Below, piece by piece: positions 37,403 to 45,451 of a DNA stretch of 45,578 nt. The notes beneath the pieces were generated by a model that made no database searches, was not told the origin of the DNA, and was given only the letters and a program-made list of their open reading frames with translations. This DNA comes from a virus. Taxonomy: Duplodnaviria; Caudoviricetes. Within the stretch, counting starts at the first letter, position 1, and every line of letters begins with the position of its first letter. The stretch is taken from the IMG/VR virus record IMGVR_UViG_3300021411_000003, positions 1 through 45,578 of that record. One strand, given 5' to 3'. Both the position numbers and the translations under genes were made by a program.

Positions 37403-38961
37403 GCTTTCTTACCTCTTGTAACTAATATTGTTGCTAGTTCACTCAATAATGAATTCTCACTCCAGTTCTTTTCTTCATTGTCTAAACTTGAACCAACAAT
37501 AGCTCTCTTTTGTTCTACTAGTTCAGTGAAATATTCATCTATTGTTCCACTAGCTATGAAGTATGTTACTATCACAGCATTCTTTTGTCCATATCTATGA
37601 TGTCGTTTCTCAGCTTGTGATTCTTTAGATGGATTCCATTGTCTTTCTAGCATTATAGCATCACTAACAAACTGTAAATTTCCACCAACTCCACCAGCTT
37701 GTGTAGATGCTATCATTACTCTTGATTTTGAATTCTTGAATTGCATTCCTTTTGTTTCAAAATCATCACCAGACCTGAACCTAGTGACCTTTTCATATCC
37801 ACCATCACTTAACCATACATTCAACTCAGCTTCCAGTAAATCTTCAGCCGCATGATGATGAGCAAATACAACTATCTTTCGTTCACAACTTAATAGAAAT
37901 TCTGTAACAAAATCTACACATTCTGTAACTTTCGAAATTCCGGTAATTTGTCTTAGCTTATTCATGATAGCAAGCATATTCCCTTGCTTCTCAAATCCAC
38001 TAGTATCTTCGTTGTAGTATTCTTCCTCTAGCTCTGCCATCAACTCAGCGTATCGCTTATTCAATTTCCTATCAAGTTCAACGTGATAGAATCGCCGGCT
38101 AAGTTCTGGCAAATCCTTTAGAACATCCTTTTGCCTACGTCTAATAATGAAGTCTTTAGTCTTTTCATGAAAAGCTGGAGGATTCTTCAATCCACCAATC
38201 TTCTGATTATAGCCGTTGTTATATGAGTCACAATCATTATCAATGAACTTCTGAAATTGTGGAAACATACGTGGAGCAACCAAATTAAGAATTGTGAAAT
38301 ACTCACCAGCATTATTCTCAATTGGTGTTCCCGACATTGGAACAATACATTCAGCTCCAGTCAACTTAACAAACTTCTGAACTGCTTTAGCTCTGCCAGT
38401 GTCATGATTCTTAATTCGTTGACATTCATCTAATACAACTAACTTAATGTCACCCTTAACCATGTCAAAGCATGTTTCAGCATTCTTCAACAAGTCATAT
38501 GTAGTCACATAGATATCAAACCCCGGTGCAGCCATAACCTTACCAGAATCTATTACCTGTGTCAGAAATCCTGCAACTCCACACTTATTGATTATCTCAT
38601 GATGCCATTGTAGTTTAACACTACTTGGAACCACAATAACGGCTGGAGTCAACTCTTTCTGATGTAGCTTAATCAAAGCTAAGATTTCAATTGTCTTACC
38701 TAAGCCCTGTTCATCAGCTAGAATTGCTCGTCCATTAGCTTGTTGTAGAAACTTAACACCTTCTACTTGATAATCCATTAGTGTGCAGCCATTTAGTATA
38801 TGTGCAATGTCGGCTTCGCCGCCAGTCATTACACTGTCAGAGATTACATGACCACACTCTAATGTGATAAGCTTGCTAGTGCCGAAGTTAATTCTTGATT
38901 TCTCAACAGCAATCTTATCACATTCCTTGCACTTTAATTTTACTATACTTGACAGTGCCAT
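37390..38961 (-). CDS. SNF2-family (SF2) helicase
   Basis: DYQVEG, LADEQGLGKT, DECQ, SGTP, WNPS...QAEKRHHRYGQ. Confidence 0.93.
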   Translation of the reverse strand: MALSSIVKLKCKECDKIAVEKSRINFGTSKLITLECGHVISDSVMTGGEADIAHILNGCTLMDYQVEGVKFLQQANGRAILADEQGLGKTIEILALIKLHQKELTPAVIVVPSSVKLQWHHEIINKCGVAGFLTQVIDSGKVMAAPGFDIYVTTYDLLKNAETCFDMVKGDIKLVVLDECQRIKNHDTGRAKAVQKFVKLTGAECIVPMSGTPIENNAGEYFTILNLVAPRMFPQFQKFIDNDCDSYNNGYNQKIGGLKNPPAFHEKTKDFIIRRRQKDVLKDLPELSRRFYHVELDRKLNKRYAELMAELEEEYYNEDTSGFEKQGNMLAIMNKLRQITGISKVTECVDFVTEFLLSCERKIVVFAHHHAAEDLLEAELNVWLSDGGYEKVTRFRSGDDFETKGMQFKNSKSRVMIASTQAGGVGGNLQFVSDAIMLERQWNPSKESQAEKRHHRYGQKNAVIVTYFIASGTIDEYFTELVEQKRAIVGSSLDNEEKNWSENSLLSELATILVTRGKKAWKL

Positions 38962-39136
38962 CGTTTATCCTGCTTTTATGATAATGTGATATGTGCCATT
39001 ACAATTACATTGTTCTGTCCAACCAGACTGCCTAACTGCACATTCTTTATCATGTCCAGTCTGCAATTTAGTCACTAGAGGCAGCTTATCTCTTTCAATA
39101 AGCCTGTCAATTTCTCTCTGTAATTCAATCCACATA

Positions 39137-39445
39137 TTATTTCTCTTTTGGATGATTAAAATTCATCATACTTTCATATACATCTAGAATCAGAGTCTCT
39201 AGCTTACCAATCAAATCTTCACTGTTAGGTCTCAAGAAAAAGAACGGCTTTGACTCTCTATCATCCTTAGACTTCACAATGCTTGCTGGAAACAATACAA
39301 ACAATCCTTTAACAGCATCATCGCATACTGTAAATCCGACCATGTGAAAGCCGCTAAGAAAGCTATCACTTGCTTCAAACTCAATAGCTGCCTTAGCAAC
39401 TCTATTGCCTTTCTTCATCAAGAACGGCTCTACTTTAATCTTCAT
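39137..39445 (-). CDS. SpoVG-like nucleic-acid-binding protein
   Basis: AKAAIEF...GFTV...GLFVLFPA...LILDVY. Confidence 0.55.
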   Translation of the reverse strand: MKIKVEPFLMKKGNRVAKAAIEFEASDSFLSGFHMVGFTVCDDAVKGLFVLFPASIVKSKDDRESKPFFFLRPNSEDLIGKLETLILDVYESMMNFNHPKEK

Positions 39446-39452
39446 TAATCAC

Positions 39453-40142
39453 CTACTTATTGAATAAACTTGATGGATCAAATACCTTTGTAACATCACC
39501 ATTAGGCTTATTAGTCTCAACTACAATTGTCTCATCTTTAGAATCAGCAGACTTGAACGTAATAGCTTTAACATCTTTCTCCGTAGCCTTACGTTCAATA
39601 TTCTTCATCATTTCTTTGATAGTAGCATCATCAAGATTGGCATCTTCCAATTGCTTACGAAGACGTTCAATCTTATTCATTCTGCTGGCACGAGTCTTAA
39701 CTACATTGATAGCATCATTATTAACTTGACTCTCATCAACTGGCAGAATCCATTCCTTACTCTTTGATTTACTACTACGCTCTTTGACCTCATCATCAGT
39801 AGCAACAAGTCTAGCTTTAGCTTCAAATGCTATCTGAGCCAGCTCATCCCTATGTTCTCGTAATGCTACCGTATCCATATCTTTAACCAATACCTTTTCT
39901 TGGCTAAAGAATTTGGCAAACAATTCCTCTTGTGGAGTCATGACACTCGCTCCGTTCGTGTCAATTGTTTCATACTCATAACTTTCAATCCTTCCAATAA
40001 AGATACCACGTCTAATCTCGATACGAGCCTGATACTCATCTGTTATCCAGAACGGCTTGTAAAGATTACAAATTCTACAGTAACTCGTTAGCAAGTCATT
40101 ATAGAATTTGCAACTCTCACATTTCCATCCTTCGTGAATCAC
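39453..40142 (-). CDS. Hypothetical protein (N-terminal Zn finger plus coiled coil; start uncertain)
   Basis: WKCESC...CRIC followed by a charged helical region. Confidence 0.55.
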   Translation of the reverse strand: MIHEGWKCESCKFYNDLLTSYCRICNLYKPFWITDEYQARIEIRRGIFIGRIESYEYETIDTNGASVMTPQEELFAKFFSQEKVLVKDMDTVALREHRDELAQIAFEAKARLVATDDEVKERSSKSKSKEWILPVDESQVNNDAINVVKTRASRMNKIERLRKQLEDANLDDATIKEMMKNIERKATEKDVKAITFKSADSKDETIVVETNKPNGDVTKVFDPSSLFNK

Positions 40143-40147
40143 AATTA

Positions 40148-40390
40148 CTAATTGACTAAAGATAACTCAGCATTCACATCTGTAAGAAAGCTCTGAGCCT
40201 CTGCTAGCTTAATCTTGCATTCAAGAATCATATTATTAATAAACTCTCTAGTCTGGTCTAATCTAATAGATGATGCAATAACTCTAATTGGGTCTGACCA
40301 GTATTTAATAGATGATTCATATTTCTTAATCATCCTCTCAGTCCAGTCAATTCTCTCATTTAGAACTCTACGTTTCCAATCATTATTCAT
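40148..40390 (-). CDS. Hypothetical helical protein
   Basis: 80 aa, AGGA SD. Confidence 0.55.
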   Translation of the reverse strand: MNNDWKRRVLNERIDWTERMIKKYESSIKYWSDPIRVIASSIRLDQTREFINNMILECKIKLAEAQSFLTDVNAELSLVN

Positions 40391-40404
40391 ATTGTATCCT
40401 ACGT

Positions 40405-40599
40405 CTACACATTAAATCTAAATTCATTAATGTGAACTCTTATCTCACCAGATTTATTAAATTCCTGCTCTAGCATAGCTAGCTTTTCCATAATTAGCAG
40501 TTCCCATCTGTCTACATCTATCTCATGAGCAGTATAGAATTCGATAGTAAACTTTCTAGTTTTCTTTGGGTTTATTGCACACATTAAGTCACCGTCCAA
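40405..40599 (-). CDS. Hypothetical protein
   Basis: Short ORF, start uncertain. Confidence 0.4.
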   Translation of the reverse strand: MDGDLMCAINPKKTRKFTIEFYTAHEIDVDRWELLIMEKLAMLEQEFNKSGEIRVHINEFRFNV

Positions 40600-40796
40600 G
40601 GGTCAATTGTGAATCTGCTGATATCCCATACTTCACGTGCTCTGCTGTAATTGCTATACACTCCCATTACATGACCAGTAAGCTTCGATGTTACTACATA
40701 TACATTCATAATAGATATCCTGCAATCACTATCAGAACGGCGATAGCGGCTATTCCAAGTAGTGACTTAATCATATCATTATCACTCATATAACCT

Positions 40797-41000
40797 TTAA
40801 TCTAAGTTAATCTCATGCTTACATTTGCGACATCGTAGAACTGTTCTAGACTGATATGTATCGTGGATTCTAACAAAATCCATAAATCCCTTACACTTGC
40901 AACAGTTACTTGACAGCATACCATGACCAGATGCTACGTTAATGTTCTGAATCATCATCGTATGTTGATGTTCGGCTAACCTAGCAACTTTACTATTCAT
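40797..41000 (-). CDS. Small Zn-ribbon protein
   Basis: CCKC...CRKC; AAGGAG SD. Confidence 0.6.
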   Translation of the reverse strand: MNSKVARLAEHQHTMMIQNINVASGHGMLSSNCCKCKGFMDFVRIHDTYQSRTVLRCRKCKHEINLD

Positions 41001-41054
41001 AACTTTAATCTCCTTCTGTAATCATCAGCTCTTGTGTAACCTTCCACACTCGAC

Positions 41055-41519
41055 TTAAGTTTAAGAGATATCTAGCTTATTCACTAGTTAACTTAGCGGA
41101 GTCATTTACGCCCATTCAATGGACCTACTCATTAGTAGCTCACCTTATGCTTGGTAGATTGCAGCATAAAGACATTATTGCTTACTAACAAGAAACACTC
41201 GGCTAGATACCCCAATAGAGTAGATAACATTATTTTTATACCAGCAGATGATAACTTTATTGCTATCATACCGGGGTTATCTACTCAATTGAATTATCTA
41301 ACTTTAGTTTAGCTGCTGGTCTTACCTTATTTAAACTGTATTATGACCAGCAGGGTATACAGTCGAGCCTTTCGCAAATTATACGTCATATACAGCCTAC
41401 TCAGCTATTATACTGTATACAACGTCAGCATATTCTTTGAGTCAATAGGTTGCAACCTAGCTCATATTCTTTGCTGAATATTTAGCCGCTGTTAACGGCT
41501 AACGCACTAAGCCTAAATT
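41055..41519 (-). ncRNA. Candidate large structured non-coding RNA (family unassigned)
   Basis: ORF-free, with at least six 6-11 bp stems; G.U pairs favour the - strand. Confidence 0.55.
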
Positions 41520-41798
41520 CTATTTATACTCGCTTAGTCGAGTCATTAGTGAATCTAATAATTCACTACGTTCATCCTTTTCAGATGATTTAGTTAGTAT
41601 CATACTCTTAATCTGTAGTCTGATGCTCATTTCATCAGTTAGTCTAAGATGTTCAATAGCCTTCTGCCCAGCTTCACTAGCCAAAAACTTAGCTTTCTCA
41701 GCCTTCGCAACGGCTTGATATAATCTAGTTCCTTTCCTATAAGGGTCTGACTTATCTATTAGCTTTTTAGTCTTAACCATCACTAATCCTACTAGCAT
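41520..41798 (-). CDS. Basic hypothetical protein
   Basis: ORF downstream of the consensus promoter; start may be 41780. Confidence 0.55.
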   Translation of the reverse strand: MLVGLVMVKTKKLIDKSDPYRKGTRLYQAVAKAEKAKFLASEAGQKAIEHLRLTDEMSIRLQIKSMILTKSSEKDERSELLDSLMTRLSEYK

Positions 41799-41811
41799 AT
41801 CGTCGATTTAG

Positions 41812-42252
41812 GCCTACGTCCTCGGACGGTTACGGACGTATACGGACGGTCCCGGAATGGTCCGTAAAGGTGCGGCGCGTGTCGGCAGACGGGTATGCCT
41901 GTAAGTCGTTGAAAACAGAGAACTTCGCCCACAAGCCGATTATACCACACTCTCTCTCCGTTGTCAAGTTCGAGCCCTGCCCCGATTGTCTTATCTTATG
42001 TCTTATTATAATATATATATAAAAAATATATAAAAAAATAAGAGATAGTATAGGATACCCCCACGGGGAGACAGCACCCTAGGCATACTGGGGAGAGAGT
42101 CATTGGATACCGAAAACGGGCGAAAACACGCGAAAAGCCTAACAAAAACACACGAAAACTCGATTTTCGCCTCGGCCGGACACCTGCCCCAATCTTACGG
42201 ACTCTTACGGAATGGTACGTAATGGTACGTAATGGTACGAGGACGTAGAGGC
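41812..42252. repeat. Origin-like region: imperfect inverted arms with 10-bp iterons around an AT-rich core
   Basis: CTACGTCCTCG(41814-24)/CGAGGACGTAG(42238-48); CGGACGG-type and AATGGTACG tandem units; AT core about 42001-42045; phased CGAAAA tracts. Confidence 0.55.
41939..41967 (-). promoter_or_regulatory. Consensus sigma70 promoter (early arm)
   Basis: TTGACA-17 nt-TATAAT with extended -10 TG. Confidence 0.9.
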
Positions 42253-42274
42253 GAAAGTGTATTCCTGATTGAAA

Positions 42275-42301
42275 ATTAAATGAATTGATGATGATATGAA
42301 A
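42275..42301 (+). repeat. 27-bp inverted repeat, left arm
   Basis: ATTAAATGAATTGATGATGATATGAAA is the exact reverse complement of 43118-43144. Confidence 0.9.
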
Positions 42302-42323
42302 ATATGTGAAGAAAGGATATGAA

Positions 42324-42370
42324 GAAAAAAGCTAGGATTAAGTCTTGCATAGTTTGTCTTAATCCTAGCT
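42324..42370 (-). terminator. Intrinsic terminator of the 42418-42894 gene
   Basis: 13-bp stem AGCTAGGATTAAG/CTTAATCCTAGCT followed by a T run on the - strand. Confidence 0.85.
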
Positions 42371-42417
42371 GGAGACGATTATAAAGATAAGTATTATTCT
42401 ATACTTATTGAGTGATG

Positions 42418-42894
42418 TTACTTCGTAACCGCAGGAGCGAATTGCTTGCTGAATCCCGGCTTGATAAGAGCAACAGCATCATCAAGAGATACCATTGCAC
42501 CACGACTATAATTCCGAACAACAAGCCGGAATTGAGTCTGAGCATCTGCTGGCCAAGTTGGGTCAACAAACTCAGCAAGCGGGTCTGATGCTGCCGTATA
42601 GTTAGCATCATTATAGCCAGTAATCAGAGAACTAACCAAAGAGGGTTCGTCCTTAACTCCGGTAGATTCCATAAACTCGGCAATAGTCTTGGGAAGTGTA
42701 TCAGGCAAAGCCTCATCGAATGCTTCCCATGTAATGACCATGGTTCCTTTACCACGAGTCATTCCAGCCTGCAAACGAGTGCCAATACCAGTTCTCGTTT
42801 TATTGATTTCGGCAATTTCCTTCTCTTTTGCTTCAAGTTCAAGCTTACGGCGCTTCGCGTCAAGTTCCTGCGGTGTCGATGCTTCAGTAGCCAT
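42418..42894 (-). CDS. Hypothetical protein in a stand-alone expression cassette
   Basis: 158 aa, AGGAG SD, own promoter and terminator, visibly higher GC. Confidence 0.75.
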   Translation of the reverse strand: MATEASTPQELDAKRRKLELEAKEKEIAEINKTRTGIGTRLQAGMTRGKGTMVITWEAFDEALPDTLPKTIAEFMESTGVKDEPSLVSSLITGYNDANYTAASDPLAEFVDPTWPADAQTQFRLVVRNYSRGAMVSLDDAVALIKPGFSKQFAPAVTK

Positions 42895-42957
42895 TTTCGT
42901 AATCTCCTACACGATTGTTAACGAATGGGCGTAATTGCCCGTTTCCGACCTGAGACG

Positions 42958-42986
42958 ATTATACACGAAAGGTAGAACGAAGTCAA
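42958..42986 (-). promoter_or_regulatory. Sigma70 promoter
   Basis: TTGACT-17 nt-TATAAT. Confidence 0.8.
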
Positions 42987-43117
42987 GACCAAAACGTCGG
43001 CTGTCTACTAGAAATTCGGCAATGCCGGGCGCCCCAGAACTTGACTATTACAATGCTAGCCGGTAATACCGCTCACTTAAGAGTGTAAGGCTAGACTTAC
43101 ATGTAACTTATGAACCA

Positions 43118-43144
43118 TTTCATATCATCATCAATTCATTTAAT
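43118..43144 (-). repeat. 27-bp inverted repeat, right arm
   Basis: TTTCATATCATCATCAATTCATTTAAT. Confidence 0.9.
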
Positions 43145-43190
43145 CAAATTAGAAGTAGAGCCTAATACACTGGCTAGCCGCTATTGTGTG

Positions 43191-43376
43191 TTAATCGTTT
43201 GTTACCGTGAAAGATTCAATCTCAGACAAATCAATATTCCGCTGTGGAATATGTAAATGAGAGTGAATTACAATCTCAGGAACAGCAGTCTCAGTCCAGT
43301 TTACATAAATGCTAGTCATTCTAACATTCTGTATTTGTTCTGGCGCTTTATCGAAGTATTTGATATCAAGTATCAC
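43191..43376 (-). CDS. Hypothetical protein
   Basis: 61 aa, GTG start coupled to the upstream stop. Confidence 0.45.
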   Translation of the reverse strand: MILDIKYFDKAPEQIQNVRMTSIYVNWTETAVPEIVIHSHLHIPQRNIDLSEIESFTVTND

Positions 43377-43594
43377 TATTTCACCCTCTTGACCAATCTG
43401 ATAGCCGGAACAAAGCTTGCAATCCTAAGCTTGCGCCTAAGGGTGATTTTATTGTGTCGGCTAACAGATACGTCGTTTTTATGTGGAAGTCTCGTATAAA
43501 TTGAACTAATCAACATTGTAATCCTTTGTTGACTAGCCAGCCTATTAGACTCTACTTCTAATTGAAGCATGACACCATTTATCTCGGGAGACAA
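43376..43594 (-). CDS. Hypothetical basic protein
   Basis: 72 aa, start uncertain. Confidence 0.35.
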   Translation of the reverse strand: MSPEINGVMLQLEVESNRLASQQRITMLISSIYTRLPHKNDVSVSRHNKITLRRKLRIASFVPAIRLVKRVK

Positions 43595-43929
43595 CCCTTT
43601 ATCTTAAATAGGCCCGGTTTCAAGGCCTGAGTCAGCAATTACTTAGACTTACAGCTTACAGCGAAAATCCGCAAGCTTGCCAGCAATTCTGCTACCCTTT
43701 CGCCATCACCCTTAGCCGTCCGCGTCTCGCGTTTGGTGTGGCGTCTATGGATATATAGAGCATAGCCGGTGCCATATGCATTCATGTAATACCATGTATA
43801 GTGATGTGCAATTCTGACCAGCACTTATTGTCACAAAAATAAAAATTGTCACTGTAAATTGTCACGCCAAATTGTGCACTAATGTACAAATATTCTGTGC
43901 AACCCTGTGCAATTGCGCGCATTAGCGGC

Positions 43930-43963
43930 TGGCATGGCTTATGCTATAGCAACTATCATGCCA
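43930..43963. promoter_or_regulatory. Head-to-head pair of sigma54-type -24/-12 elements (pair 1)
   Basis: + TGGCAT-GGCTT-ATGCT (43930-45); - TGGCAT-GATAG-TTGCT (43963-48). Confidence 0.6.
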
Positions 43964-44041
43964 ACACATAATTGCACATTATTATACACAATTGCAATTG
44001 GCATATGTTTTGAAATGCATAAAATTGCACATATCTGCACT

Positions 44042-44074
44042 TGGCATGGTTCTTGCATTGCATACAGCGTGCCA
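44042..44074. promoter_or_regulatory. Head-to-head pair of sigma54-type -24/-12 elements (pair 2)
   Basis: + TGGCAT-GGTTC-TTGCA (44042-57); - TGGCAC-GCTGT-ATGCA (44074-59). Confidence 0.65.
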
Positions 44075-44421
44075 ACTATAACTGCACACTATTGCTTACA
44101 TATTTGTTAGAGTGAAATAGTGTGCAATTTTATGCAGTATTTTCTATGCCATTGCACAATATTATACACTAATTCATTCACACGTATGCACACCCTTGCA
44201 CACTTTGGCACGTAGCTGCACATTTTGGCGCGGAGATTCACTATAACATTGGCATTAACATTGGCATGAGGTTTATTAATTGGTTCCATCTAAATGAATT
44301 CACGAATAATACATGAATATATATAATATAACCATACGAACATTAAAACTTGAACATTTCAAACAATGAAACTTTCACCGGCTACGTAAGATTGTGTTAA
44401 CGTTTCAGCACATTTTCGCAC

Positions 44422-44450
44422 TTGACAAGTGAGTCTCATCGTGAGACAAT
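44422..44450 (+). promoter_or_regulatory. Sigma70-like promoter for the + arm with an overlapping palindromic operator
   Basis: TTGACA-17 nt-GACAAT; GTCTCA-tcg-TGAGAC (44433-47) overlaps the spacer and -10. Confidence 0.5.
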
Positions 44451-44497
44451 CGAGGCTGGGTATTTATGCATCTCTTTTTTGATTATAGGTAATACAT

Positions 44498-44902
44498 ATG
44501 ATTTTAAATGAGACAGAAGTTACAGAACGAATGAATTCTCCCATGAACTTATTGAATAGATTAAAATCTATTTCTAATAGTAAGTCTAATCATAACTCTA
44601 TTGTAAGTCTACCACCCACATCAAAAGAAATAATTGAAGATTTAGAAGAGAAGCTACAATATGGTTCCATCAAATCGAAGGCTGCTGGAATTATGATAGC
44701 CGCTATGGACGAGCTGAAAAGTAGATTGCCTGAAGTAACTAAGCCGGAAACATTGGCTAGGGTTGCTGAGTCAATGTCTAAAGTAGTTAATGCTGAGAGT
44801 GCTAATAGCAATAAAGATAAGTTGAATGCACCACAGTTTCATATTTATGCACCTCAATTTAACAATGAGAATCACTACGATACTATTTATGCACGTGAAT
44901 AA
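44498..44902 (+). CDS. Hypothetical protein (terminase small subunit candidate)
   Basis: 134 aa, helical, first gene of the + arm; C-terminal beta-strand-like tail. Confidence 0.45.
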   Translation: MILNETEVTERMNSPMNLLNRLKSISNSKSNHNSIVSLPPTSKEIIEDLEEKLQYGSIKSKAAGIMIAAMDELKSRLPEVTKPETLARVAESMSKVVNAESANSNKDKLNAPQFHIYAPQFNNENHYDTIYARE

Positions 44903-44936
44903 TGCATGAATAATCAGTAAGAGTAGAAAGGATTAA

Positions 44937-45191
44937 ATGAGCAAGAAGAAATCTACAAAAGTAAAGTCAGTAAAGACTAAATCTAAAGCTAAGACATCTA
45001 AAGCTAAAGTTCCAGACGTTACATTCGATAAGAATCCTATTGTTAATAGAGCTGAGCCAACTCTGAAGGAACAGACTCTAAATTCAATTACAAGTATATT
45101 AAAACATAGAATGCATCCTCGTGAGTTGAATCAGGCTGTAAGTGAAATTAAAGTTGTTCTAGAATCTAATGGAATTATTTGGGGAAGCTGA
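44937..45191 (+). CDS. Lys-rich hypothetical protein, paralogue of the next gene
   Basis: Shared RM.PREL.QA..EIK domain. Confidence 0.6.
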   Translation: MSKKKSTKVKSVKTKSKAKTSKAKVPDVTFDKNPIVNRAEPTLKEQTLNSITSILKHRMHPRELNQAVSEIKVVLESNGIIWGS

Positions 45192-45450
45192 GGTTGATGT
45201 GACACCATTCGGATTTGATGATAAGCCTAAAGATTTTACAGTTATTAATCCTGTAACAGCGACTGAACATAAAGCTCGTGAAGATAAGACAACTAAAGAA
45301 GTTGAGATTGAAGTACCAATTCCTATTATAAGTAATACAGTTTCTATTTTAGATAAGTATCATCAGATTACAACTGTTCTAAAAGTTCGTATGGGTCCAA
45401 GAGAATTACATCAAGCATTGAAAGAGATTAAGATTATTCTGAACTCTTGA
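45169..45450 (+). CDS. Hypothetical protein, paralogue of the previous gene
   Basis: Shared RM.PREL.QA..EIK domain. Confidence 0.6.
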   Translation: MELFGEAEVDVTPFGFDDKPKDFTVINPVTATEHKAREDKTTKEVEIEVPIPIISNTVSILDKYHQITTVLKVRMGPRELHQALKEIKIILNS

Positions 45451-45451
45451 G

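Noticed and set aside
1041-40793. Many antisense or out-of-frame ORFs in the track (e.g. 1041-1268, 3009-3335, 4419-4766, 9314-9604, 14181-14504, 28396-28848, 29457-29846)
   Set aside because: They are shadow ORFs inside well-supported genes or opposite to the operon direction.
41960-41985. GTTCGAGCCC as a tRNA T-arm
   Set aside because: No cloverleaf, and it overlaps the -35 box of the promoter.
41823-42240. Short tandem repeats as a CRISPR array
   Set aside because: The units are about 10 bp with no unique spacers, and there are no cas genes (the Cas4-like nuclease is a typical phage recombination exonuclease).
43639-44289. ORFs 43639-43824, 43907-44110 and 44107-44289
   Set aside because: No convincing SD. 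The latter two are C/H/A/I-biased translations of the TGCA repeat field.
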